NCBI GenBank assembly: GCA_004796425.1
Contig: QZLB01000125.1
Span: 6,834 to 70,833 of the forward strand
Direction: 5' to 3'
DNA from: Desulfobulbaceae bacterium
Lineage (GTDB): Bacteria > Desulfobacterota > Desulfobulbia > Desulfobulbales > Desulfocapsaceae
DNA: 64,000 bases
In this document: in pieces, positions 10,148-18,260 of the stretch
Numbering within the stretch: position 1 is the stretch's first letter
How the letters are laid out: every line of letters starts with the position of its first letter
Made by a program: the position numbers and the translations under genes
Notes under the pieces: model-generated
Seen by the model: the letters and a program-made list of their open reading frames with translations, nothing else
Told to the model about the DNA's origin: nothing
Database searches by the model: none

Positions 10148-11232
10148 CGCTTTGCGGATATCCTCTTTAACGGTTCCCCAACACCAAATTCAAAGACCGC
10201 GATTGGTTTCGTTGCAGAAATAGATCGCAATTCTTCCTTGATATACTCCCAGATTTCGGAGAACAGGTATTGATCGGGATCTCGTTTATTTACGGGGCCA
10301 TAGATACTGACACCGATCCAATCAACGAAGTCATCGCCGGGATAATAGTGGTGCATTTGATTCCATTTCTCGTCAGGGACGCTGACCGCATTTACATGAA
10401 ACGCCCAACTCACATTGGTAGCACCATTGGTCCGAAACAACCTGACTATATGTCTATAGGCATCTTTGAATCGCTCTGGACCGTCATAGAGCAAAGGGTC
10501 TCCATAACCTGTTGTCTCACCACTGCCATTAAAACGACCGTTCCAGGGAAACCAGTCGCCATTAACCTCAACCCCGAATTCAACAATTATTGGTTGATTG
10601 GTTACAGCGGCTGCTTCCGCCCACTGCACCAGATCACGATCATGCTGGCCATCAATGATGGTCTGCATGGAAAAGCGGGGATCCTTTCCTTTTATCTGGT
10701 AATGGGACCAGGCCATTAACCTGATAAAAGGGATTGCCCCATGATCACTGATCGTCCGAACCGCTTCAGCAGGAAAATCAATACCATTGCTCCAATCATC
10801 ACTGAAATAGATCCATGCCAGCTTTTTCCCTGCCAGCGCTTCAAAGTGTGTTATCTTTTGACTGGTGATAACTTCCCGATGATTCTCCACAAAACCGGGG
10901 TACGCACAATGATAGACAGCCCCGGGTTCAGGTTCAATTATTTGGTGTGAACTGACGTATACCTGGTCATGAACCCGTGAATCACTGGCATAAGCCTGAT
11001 ACGCCCTTAGTGAAACGGGGGACGAGTTAATCTTCAAGTCAGCATCCCGTCGATACTGCACCCAGGTTTCGTGCCAATAGCACGCCGCCCTGATATCCGC
11101 TGAGCCCAGGAGCGTGCGCCCGGCATCCGCAAGCCAACTAGCCTTGTCAATAGCTGCCCCGCTAATCTCGGGTAGCAAAGAGAGAAACCCACCCAGAATG
11201 ATAACCACCAGGGGATTGGTAGAGTTCTTCAT
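10135..11232 (-). CDS. Secreted or membrane-anchored GH26-like glycoside hydrolase
   Basis: N-terminal signal/anchor. EFGVEVNGDWFPWNG resembles GH26 HEMNG.WFWWG. HYYPGDDFVDWIGVSIYG resembles GH26 WYPGD.YVD..G.D.Y. KPIAVFEFG is a nucleophile-Glu-like strand. The 3' end overlaps the EEP gene start by 13 nt. Confidence 0.6.
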   Translation of the reverse strand: MKNSTNPLVVIILGGFLSLLPEISGAAIDKASWLADAGRTLLGSADIRAACYWHETWVQYRRDADLKINSSPVSLRAYQAYASDSRVHDQVYVSSHQIIEPEPGAVYHCAYPGFVENHREVITSQKITHFEALAGKKLAWIYFSDDWSNGIDFPAEAVRTISDHGAIPFIRLMAWSHYQIKGKDPRFSMQTIIDGQHDRDLVQWAEAAAVTNQPIIVEFGVEVNGDWFPWNGRFNGSGETTGYGDPLLYDGPERFKDAYRHIVRLFRTNGATNVSWAFHVNAVSVPDEKWNQMHHYYPGDDFVDWIGVSIYGPVNKRDPDQYLFSEIWEYIKEELRSISATKPIAVFEFGVGEPLKRISAKRCVL

Positions 11233-11233
11233 C

Positions 11234-11794
11234 TTAGAGATACCGGTGGACCATGAAATAAATTGCAGACGCTAAAGCAAGAATCATGACTCCCAATGCG
11301 GCAAAAAAATATGATTTTTCCAGGGCTGAATGCTTTTTTCTCAGAATCTCCCCAATCTGGTAGTAATCGTTCAACAGCATGCGCCATGAAGCCCGGTCGT
11401 CGGTGAGCTGGGAAATTACAAAGGTGCTGAAGACATCCCGGGTCACCCTGGTGTAGGATTTGTAGTAAAAGGGATTAGATGATTCTTTCAGCGTTTCTTT
11501 TCGCTTCACTCTCACTCGCGGCATAATTGCCCGTAATGCGAGGAGTAATGCAATGGCTTCAAGAATGATAAAAAACTGAAAACAAATGAGAAAACGATTA
11601 TCCAGGGTGCCGAGTTTATCAATGTTTGAAAAAATGATGGTGAGAGAAACGGCGATGATACCAATCAGGATATTGGCTTTCTGATCAGCCAGTGTGAGCT
11701 GATGCATTTGGCCCTGGTGGGCGGTACGCAGCGTATAAATGATGTCTCTGGAGGTTGATTGTGGGGTGATTTCTTCTGGTATCCTATTGCTCAT
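11234..11794 (-). CDS. Membrane protein resembling the DUF5706 / Pycsar-effector (PycTM) transmembrane domain
   Basis: The LADQKANILIGIIAV motif (ADxKA followed by a TM helix), a second TM, a soluble stretch with NPFYYKSY...YYQIGEILRKKHSAL and a final TM match my memory of that family. The stop lies 1 nt from the GH26-like start. Confidence 0.45.
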   Translation of the reverse strand: MSNRIPEEITPQSTSRDIIYTLRTAHQGQMHQLTLADQKANILIGIIAVSLTIIFSNIDKLGTLDNRFLICFQFFIILEAIALLLALRAIMPRVRVKRKETLKESSNPFYYKSYTRVTRDVFSTFVISQLTDDRASWRMLLNDYYQIGEILRKKHSALEKSYFFAALGVMILALASAIYFMVHRYL

Positions 11795-11940
11795 GATTCT
11801 GTCATCTTGAAGTGGACAAGGAATAATTGTACGAGGTGCTACTGTACCACACTGGTCCGCCTGACAACGTTAGGAAATGATTAAGATCTGAGATTCAATC
11901 CCTCTAGTATCCACACCTTACTCAGATGATGGCGAGCGCT

Positions 11941-12741
11941 TTATTGGGCGGTGTTCTTTTGAATTTTTTCATCCCCATCAACTGCCAGCCGAAATCCCAG
12001 GCCAACCAGACGAAAGGCCGGTTTTCTCCAATTCCGGAACGAACATCGTTGAATCCACCCCTTGTCCGACCAGCTTCCTCCTCTTCTTACCTTTCTGGTT
12101 TTCATTCGGGTTTCCCGCAATACCGGATTATCAACGGGACTGTTGGCGTAATACTCGGGATGGTACCAGTCCTGAACCCACTCCGAAACATTGCCGGACA
12201 TATCATAAAGGCCAAGTGTGTTTGGAGGAAAACTGCCCACTGCGTGCAAGGCTGGTTCTTCGCTATTTTCCTGATGAACGAGTAACTCGACAGAATCGGT
12301 TCCGTCAGCGGTACCAAAACGGAGTTTTTTGCCCCCCGCCCGGCACGCATATTCCCACTCCGCCTCACTGGGAAGTCGATAGTTGACACCGGTTTTAGCA
12401 CGTAATCTTTTCAAGAAAGTTTCCACATCATACCAGCTGACAACTTCAACCGGGTAGTGCGGGTTTTCATTTTGAACCGAAGGATTTGAACCCATTATCT
12501 GGTTCCATTGTTCCTGGGTCACTTCGTACTTTGCAAGATAAAATGAATCGAGGCAGACCTGATGAACCGGGTATTCATCTGCCACGCCCTCATCAAACTG
12601 GTCCCCCATCATAAAGCAGCCGCCTTCAACCCTGATGATAGTCGCGGAAAGATCACCTTCTTGAGCGGATAATGAACCTGCAAGAAAAAGAACAAACAAA
12701 GCGCCAGAAATAATAAAGACAAATCTGATTTGATTCTTCAT
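11941..12741 (-). CDS. Secreted FGE-sulfatase (SUMF1/C-type-lectin-fold) domain protein
   Basis: Signal peptide MKNQIRFVFIISGALFVLFLAGSLSAQE. Motifs YPVHQV, YEVTQEQW, PVEVVSWYD, YRLPSEAEWEYACRAGG, GLYDMSGNVSEWVQDWY, RGGSW and GFRLA. The start could instead be the TTG at 12771. Confidence 0.85.
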   Translation of the reverse strand: MKNQIRFVFIISGALFVLFLAGSLSAQEGDLSATIIRVEGGCFMMGDQFDEGVADEYPVHQVCLDSFYLAKYEVTQEQWNQIMGSNPSVQNENPHYPVEVVSWYDVETFLKRLRAKTGVNYRLPSEAEWEYACRAGGKKLRFGTADGTDSVELLVHQENSEEPALHAVGSFPPNTLGLYDMSGNVSEWVQDWYHPEYYANSPVDNPVLRETRMKTRKVRRGGSWSDKGWIQRCSFRNWRKPAFRLVGLGFRLAVDGDEKIQKNTAQ

Positions 12742-12799
12742 ATGCACCGTTGTGTAAGCGGGAATAGACAAAGAATACCTTTTTTCACTGACCAGTAAC

Positions 12800-13093
12800 T
12801 TATGTGTTATCTGGCTTTTTTTCCAGTTGGGCCAAATGGGTATTTACATAACGAATGAACAGTGGCAAGCCAATACCATAAGGTACCCAAAGCCAGTATC
12901 GATGGGGTGAGGATATCTGTGAGAGCAGAACAAGAAAGATGATAATGACCAGCCAGCAATAAATTGACATCCTGATCATGAATCTTCTGGCTGCCACAGT
13001 GGATGTGTTAACAATTGAGCAATAGGTTCCAATGATGCCGCCCCCGATCCCGATAATCGTTCCTGTGATTGCGCCAATGGTGCCTCCATCCAT
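12800..13093 (-). CDS. Small Gly-rich integral membrane protein (hypothetical)
   Basis: Two or three hydrophobic helices (GAITGTIIGIGGGIIG; IYCWLVIIIFLVLL). A G-rich SD-like sequence precedes the ATG at 13093. It ends 28 nt upstream of the FGE-domain gene. Confidence 0.45.
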   Translation of the reverse strand: MDGGTIGAITGTIIGIGGGIIGTYCSIVNTSTVAARRFMIRMSIYCWLVIIIFLVLLSQISSPHRYWLWVPYGIGLPLFIRYVNTHLAQLEKKPDNT

Positions 13094-13425
13094 TTCAACG
13101 TACCCCCTTAGCCAACCAGGTTTCACTGATGGTTTGCCAAATCATTGATTGCGATATAACTAAGAAACCTACCGCAAACCTATCCGCTTTTGTCTTCCCT
13201 TTCAAGAAGCATGATCGTTCATAGAACCATAATGATATCCATGATCCTGTAATCTTTTCTGGGCACAGCTGCCGGCTTGACAACACACAGCACAACAGGG
13301 TGGTATACCCGTCTGTGGGATTGTTAAGTGGAGATAACCATGTTAAATATTGATCAAAAAATGTAGTACCTCTGTAAGCACATTCATTATTGGCGCCGTT
13401 CAGCGACGCATACAGGAGAAGAGCT

Positions 13426-15135
13426 GTGGCAAAACGAGTACTTATTATTGGTGGAGTGGCCCTCGGGCCAAAAGTTGCCTGCAGACTCAGACGTCTTGAC
13501 CCTGAGGCAGAAATTATTGTACTTGAGCGTGACAACCATATTTCCTATGGCGGCTGCGGGATTCCTTATTATGTGGGCGGAGATGTCGCCGATCTGGAGG
13601 ATCTCTACCGGACGACCGCACACACGATCCGTGATGTGGATTTTTTCCGGGATTGTAAAGGGGTCAAGTTTCTTACCCGAACGGAAGCAATCCATATCGA
13701 TCGAGCCAATAAACGTCTGCAGGTTAAGTACCTTGAAACGGGCAACCTCGAATACCTTAACTATGACAAGCTGGTTCTGGCAACCGGGGCACGTGCAATT
13801 CGGCCGCCATTTCCCGGCGCTGAGCTGCCTGGGGTTCATACCGTTTCAAATCTTCATGATGCAGAGCAGATAAAAAACCTGATGAAAAACGGCAAAGTGT
13901 CGAGTGCCGTGGTCATAGGAGCCGGTGCTATCGGCCTTGAAATAGCCGAAGCTATGACCGATCTCTGGGGTATTAAAACCACTCTGATAGAAATGGAGGA
14001 CCAGGTGCTGCCGATGCTCCTGGGTAAATGTATTGCCCGCATTGCAACTGCCGAGCTCCGAAAACAAGGGGTCCAGGTGCTGCTTGAAGAGCGGGTCATG
14101 CAGGTCCGGCAAAACCAGGAGACGGGCGGACTGCTTGTTCAGACCTCGCAAAACGAAATTGTTGCCGATATCGTGGTGTTGGCAGCCGGTGTCAGGCCAA
14201 ATACAGAACTGGCCCAGAATGCAGGGTTGGCTACCGGGCGCTCCGGCGGGATCCTGGTGGACCGGCGATTGAGAACCGAGGACCCCCATATCTATGCCGG
14301 AGGTGACTGCATTGAACTGCGCAATCTGGTCAGCGGCGAGAACACGCTGATGGCCCTGGGTTCTCTGGCCAACCGACAGGGCAGGATTATCGCCACCAAC
14401 ATCAGCGGCGGTAGCTCCCACTTCAGAGGCACCGTTGGTACGTTCTGTGTAAAAATCTTTGACATCGGAGTCTGCAAGGCGGGCTTGACCTTCAGACAGG
14501 CGAGAGAGACCGGCTTTGATCCTGTATACGCAGCGGTTGCTCAACCCGATCATGCGCATTTCTACCCCCAGGCTGAGCTGATGTATCTCTCCCTGGTTGC
14601 AGATCGCAAAAGCAGGAAAGTGTTGGGAATCGAAGCGGCCGGTCTGCATGGTGATGCGGTCAAAGCGCGGGTCGATACGGTTGCTGTACTGATCCGTGAT
14701 GGACTCGATGTTGATGATGTCTGTAGCCTGGAGACCGGTTATGCGCCACCATTCGCCTCGGCGATGGATATTATTAATAACGCCGGAAATGCGCTGGATA
14801 ATATCCTCGCAGGTCTTAATAAGCCGATCGATGCCGCCGATTTCTTAAGTCGGTTCCAGCATGAATCCACCCGTGTTCTGGATGTCCGTGGGTCACGCGA
14901 AGCTGAACCGTTCATCCAGAAGTACCAGGAACGATGGCTCAACATCCCGCAAAATGAACTGCGCTTACGATATCATGAGATCCCTGCAGATGAACCATTC
15001 TTTCTGTTATGCGATACCGGGGCACGTTCATATGAAACGCAGGTTATGCTTGACTCCTGCGGCATCACCAACACCCTGCATATCCAGGGTGGTTATGCCA
15101 TGTTAAAAGCAACCGACCCGACCTTTGGTGTTTGA
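13426..15135 (+). CDS. CoA-disulfide reductase-family FAD/NAD(P)H oxidoreductase fused to a C-terminal rhodanese domain
   Basis: GxGxxG (VLIIGGVALG), redox Cys motif SYGGCGIPYY, and a second dinucleotide fold VVIGAGAIGLE. The C-terminal rhodanese has active-site CDTGARS. The GTG at 13426 is preceded by AGGAGA. Confidence 0.85.
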   Translation: MAKRVLIIGGVALGPKVACRLRRLDPEAEIIVLERDNHISYGGCGIPYYVGGDVADLEDLYRTTAHTIRDVDFFRDCKGVKFLTRTEAIHIDRANKRLQVKYLETGNLEYLNYDKLVLATGARAIRPPFPGAELPGVHTVSNLHDAEQIKNLMKNGKVSSAVVIGAGAIGLEIAEAMTDLWGIKTTLIEMEDQVLPMLLGKCIARIATAELRKQGVQVLLEERVMQVRQNQETGGLLVQTSQNEIVADIVVLAAGVRPNTELAQNAGLATGRSGGILVDRRLRTEDPHIYAGGDCIELRNLVSGENTLMALGSLANRQGRIIATNISGGSSHFRGTVGTFCVKIFDIGVCKAGLTFRQARETGFDPVYAAVAQPDHAHFYPQAELMYLSLVADRKSRKVLGIEAAGLHGDAVKARVDTVAVLIRDGLDVDDVCSLETGYAPPFASAMDIINNAGNALDNILAGLNKPIDAADFLSRFQHESTRVLDVRGSREAEPFIQKYQERWLNIPQNELRLRYHEIPADEPFFLLCDTGARSYETQVMLDSCGITNTLHIQGGYAMLKATDPTFGV

Positions 15136-15202
15136 ATTGCACTCATCTGCTCTATTGAACCACTACGCAGATTTCCTCAAAACAGGACGGTGGTGAATAG
15201 TC

Positions 15203-15433
15203 CTACCTGTTTCTCGCTGGTGGTTCAGGCTGCGGGTTAAAACCGACCTTTGTCCCGGGTGATAGTGATTTGGCCCATTTGTCAGGTGGCTCCGGTTGAG
15301 GTCCAAGCATTACCAGTCCGTTCTTTTTCGCCACCTTTTGCTGGACAAGTTTACCCGCATCTGCTGCCCCTGCTACAGATGTGCCACCGATTGCGATCAG
15401 CGCCCCTAACATACTGAGTTTCAACCATTTCAT
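15203..15433 (-). CDS. Small secreted protein with a duplicated PQPEPP motif
   Basis: Signal peptide MKWLKLSMLGALIAIGGTSVAGAADA. The mature ~50-aa part contains LGPQPEPPD and FNPQPEPPA. GGAGGAGG lies just upstream of the ATG at 15433. Confidence 0.55.
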   Translation of the reverse strand: MKWLKLSMLGALIAIGGTSVAGAADAGKLVQQKVAKKNGLVMLGPQPEPPDKWAKSLSPGTKVGFNPQPEPPARNR

Positions 15434-15578
15434 AACTTCCTCCTCCATCTCTAGTAAATTCCTAGCACCAGCTCTTTGCCATTAGGTTGCTTGAGAGAAG
15501 CAAAAGGTTCAAACTATCTCGCTGCCTTTGTTATTTCTCTGCTGATGCATGAATGAACTGAGCCAGTCGGCAGCTCTG

Positions 15579-15592
15579 TACATTTCGTTACA
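15579..15592 (+). promoter_or_regulatory. RstA-box-like site TACATTTCGTTACA (TACATTT repeated with 10-bp periodicity)
   Basis: Exact fit to the E. coli RstA box consensus as I recall it (TACATNTNGTTACA). It lies 63-90 nt upstream of the efflux operon, which ends in an RstA/RstB-like pair. Confidence 0.5.
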
Positions 15593-15681
15593 TTTGGTCA
15601 CAGAAACCAAACAGACCTCCAGTCCAATCTCAGGTAGCCTCTGTCCCTAACTCAATGCACCTCAGTAGAAAGGTTGAACCG

Positions 15682-17070
15682 ATGAAACTAATCTTAAAAC
15701 AGACAATTCCGCTGCTCATTGCAGCTACCCTTTGTCTTACGGGATGTGTACCCGCGCTGGATAATAGTGGCCTGCAATCACTCACGATCCCTGACCAGTT
15801 CAGCAATGCTGAAAAAAGCGTATTAGATCAGGAAACAATCCTTTTTGAACCGGAGCTTCAACAATTTATCCACGAGGCCCTGACGAGAAATTATTCCTTG
15901 AAAGCAATGGTAAAGAACCTGGATCAGGTAAAAGCTCTCCATCGGATAACTAAGAGTGATCGTTATCCTCATGTCCAGGCTGATCTCAGCTATAATCGAA
16001 CGAAATCACAACTCGGACTCGTTGATAATTCTTATATCAGCTCTGAATTTAAAGCGGGGGCACAAGTCAGTTGGGAAATTGACCTGTGGGGAAAAATACG
16101 CGACAGGACCAATAGCAGCATACTTGAAGTAGAGGGAAGTATGATGGACTTGCACGCGGCCCGACTTTCACTCGCCTGCCAGATTGGCCAGGCTTGGTAT
16201 CAGGCAATTACTGCCCAACTACTTCATGATCAGGCAGAAGAAGTTTCAGAGAGTTTTTTCGCAACCTTTAAAGCGGTAAATGAGCGATATAGTAACGGAC
16301 TGGCCAGCGGACTTGATCTCTCAATGGCAAAAACCGCCTATGCCGACTCCAAAACCACCCTCCAGCAAACCCAACTCGATAAGCAGCGATCCCTACTGGA
16401 GCTTCAGGTTCTTGCAGGGCTGTACCCGGACAGCGTTATTGATTTACCAGAATCTTTTCCACCCCGTATCCCCCGGGTACCGTTAAAAGTTCCTGCTGAT
16501 TTGATCACCAAACGACCCGATATTATGGCGCTGTCAAGACGGCTCGAAGCAGCCGGTTATTCCTGGCGGGCTGTGTCTAAAGAACGGTTGCCTTCAATAA
16601 CACTCTCAGCCTCAGCTGGATTGAGTGGTGACCGGACAGACACCATCTTTAAGGGTTCCAATATCCTCTGGCAGCTTATTGGAGGAATCACTCAACCAGT
16701 TTTTGAAGGTGGGAAACTGCTTGCAGCAGCAGATGCAAAAGAAGCAGCATATCAGCAGCTTCATTTCGAGTTTCAACACCTCCTCTTAAACAGTTTTCGC
16801 GAAGTTGAGGAGGCGCTCTATAGCACAAGCGTTTTACAGGAGCAGTATAAAAGTGCCGAAGAAACGGCACGACTGGCAGAGAGTTCATGGACACTTGCCA
16901 AAGAATCCTACCAACTGGGGGGTACAGATGTTCTGACCATTCTTCTCAACCAGCGTCAGCATCTCCAAAGTCAAACCGCCCTGATTACGACTCAGAATCT
17001 TGTTTTCCAAAATAGTATCAAACTCATCCTGGCCCTCGGCCAGGGCTTACCCACTGGGAATGTGTTATGA
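15682..17070 (+). CDS. RND efflux outer-membrane factor lipoprotein (NodT/TolC family)
   Basis: Lipobox LTGC. Two TolC-type repeats, with the typical SYNRTK, WEIDLWGKIR and PDI..L...EAA motifs. Start at MKLILK; the ORF-track start 15655 is also possible. Confidence 0.9.
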   Translation: MKLILKQTIPLLIAATLCLTGCVPALDNSGLQSLTIPDQFSNAEKSVLDQETILFEPELQQFIHEALTRNYSLKAMVKNLDQVKALHRITKSDRYPHVQADLSYNRTKSQLGLVDNSYISSEFKAGAQVSWEIDLWGKIRDRTNSSILEVEGSMMDLHAARLSLACQIGQAWYQAITAQLLHDQAEEVSESFFATFKAVNERYSNGLASGLDLSMAKTAYADSKTTLQQTQLDKQRSLLELQVLAGLYPDSVIDLPESFPPRIPRVPLKVPADLITKRPDIMALSRRLEAAGYSWRAVSKERLPSITLSASAGLSGDRTDTIFKGSNILWQLIGGITQPVFEGGKLLAAADAKEAAYQQLHFEFQHLLLNSFREVEEALYSTSVLQEQYKSAEETARLAESSWTLAKESYQLGGTDVLTILLNQRQHLQSQTALITTQNLVFQNSIKLILALGQGLPTGNVL

Positions 17071-18260
17071 AAATTCATACAGTACTCAGACCAAAATCGT
17101 TGAAGATCCTATCCCCAATTCTCGTCATCTTTGCAGCACTCCTGATTGGGGGATGGTTGTGGACTAGAGAGACACCAGACCCTTTACCCAAACCGCCACC
17201 ACGTCTTCCGACGGTTCGGGTTGATCAGGCCAGGTTTTCCACTCATACGATGAGTATTTCCAGCCAGGGTTTTGTTGAACCGGTCATGAGCAATCATATC
17301 AGAGCCCCCTTTTCAGGAAAAATCACCGCCATCAACCCAAAATTGAAAAGCGGTGCGCAATTCAGGAAGGGTGAATGGTTATTCAAGCTTGATGACATCT
17401 ACTATCAAACCAATCTGGCAAGAGCACGGTCAGGACTTGCCCATGCCGGACTTCAACTAAAACAGGTTCAAGCTGCGGCCAGCCAGGCACGCAATGATTG
17501 GCAAAGACTTGGTGAAGGGAAGCCGAATGAACTGGTCCTTTATACCCCTCAATTGCAAGAGGCGAAAGCATTGGTTGAAGCTGCCGAAGCCGAGCTTAAA
17601 CTTGCAACTCAAACCCTCAAGGATACCACGGTGGTAGCTCCATATGATTGTCTAATCACCGCACTTGAGATCAGTTTCGATCAACAGGTTGAACCAAGTG
17701 AGCCGCTGGGAACACTCTGTGCAATCGCCACCGCCCGGATCAGATTACCAATCAGAGAAGAAGAGGCCATGAGATTGAAGGAGAATATCTGGAATGGACC
17801 ACTTTCATATTCGATACCGGTGGTTCTCGAGGCAGAACTGAATGGTGTTCGCCAATTATGGCAGGCTCAAATCGTCCGATCCGAAATGGTTATCGATCGA
17901 ACAAGCCGCAGGGTCTACCTGGTTGCTGAACTTGAGAGACCCTATGACCGTAAAGAAGGGGCACCCCTGCCGTTTGGCCTGCATGTCCAGGCGCAAATTG
18001 CGGGGAAGAAACTCGACAAACTCGTTCAAATACCCGCCAACGCCCTCCTTGAAAACAATATGATCGCCGTCCTCGACATGCAGAACAGGGTTCGCCTGAA
18101 AACTGTCCAGATTATAGAAGTCTCCGATCGTTTTGCTTTGATATCCAACGGGCTCAAACCTGGTGAAATGGTTTGTATTTCGCAGGTACCGCGGGTCCTG
18201 GTGGGTAAAGAGGTTCAGGTCGTAACCCCTTCAGAGGTTGCGGAGGTAATCCATGAGTAA
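17067..18260 (+). CDS. RND efflux periplasmic adaptor (MFP/HlyD family)
   Basis: N-terminal TM anchor, coiled-coil hairpin region (LQLKQVQAAASQ...AEAELKLATQTL), and barrel-sandwich motif VVAPYDCLIT. ATGA overlap with the OMF gene. Confidence 0.85.
   Translation: MKIHTVLRPKSLKILSPILVIFAALLIGGWLWTRETPDPLPKPPPRLPTVRVDQARFSTHTMSISSQGFVEPVMSNHIRAPFSGKITAINPKLKSGAQFRKGEWLFKLDDIYYQTNLARARSGLAHAGLQLKQVQAAASQARNDWQRLGEGKPNELVLYTPQLQEAKALVEAAEAELKLATQTLKDTTVVAPYDCLITALEISFDQQVEPSEPLGTLCAIATARIRLPIREEEAMRLKENIWNGPLSYSIPVVLEAELNGVRQLWQAQIVRSEMVIDRTSRRVYLVAELERPYDRKEGAPLPFGLHVQAQIAGKKLDKLVQIPANALLENNMIAVLDMQNRVRLKTVQIIEVSDRFALISNGLKPGEMVCISQVPRVLVGKEVQVVTPSEVAEVIHE

Noticed and set aside
9365-11794. A complete Pycsar anti-phage system around the DUF5706/PycTM-like gene.
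   Set aside because: No nucleotide cyclase (PycC-like) gene is adjacent or present in the window. Only an orphan effector-like membrane protein can be claimed.
11941-12771. The FGE-sulfatase/C-type-lectin-fold protein could be the variable target of a diversity-generating retroelement. Its C-terminal ...RGGSW....R.....GFR scaffold is typical of DGR variable regions.
   Set aside because: I found no reverse transcriptase gene and no second, near-identical copy (template repeat) of the 3' ~120 nt of this gene anywhere in the window.
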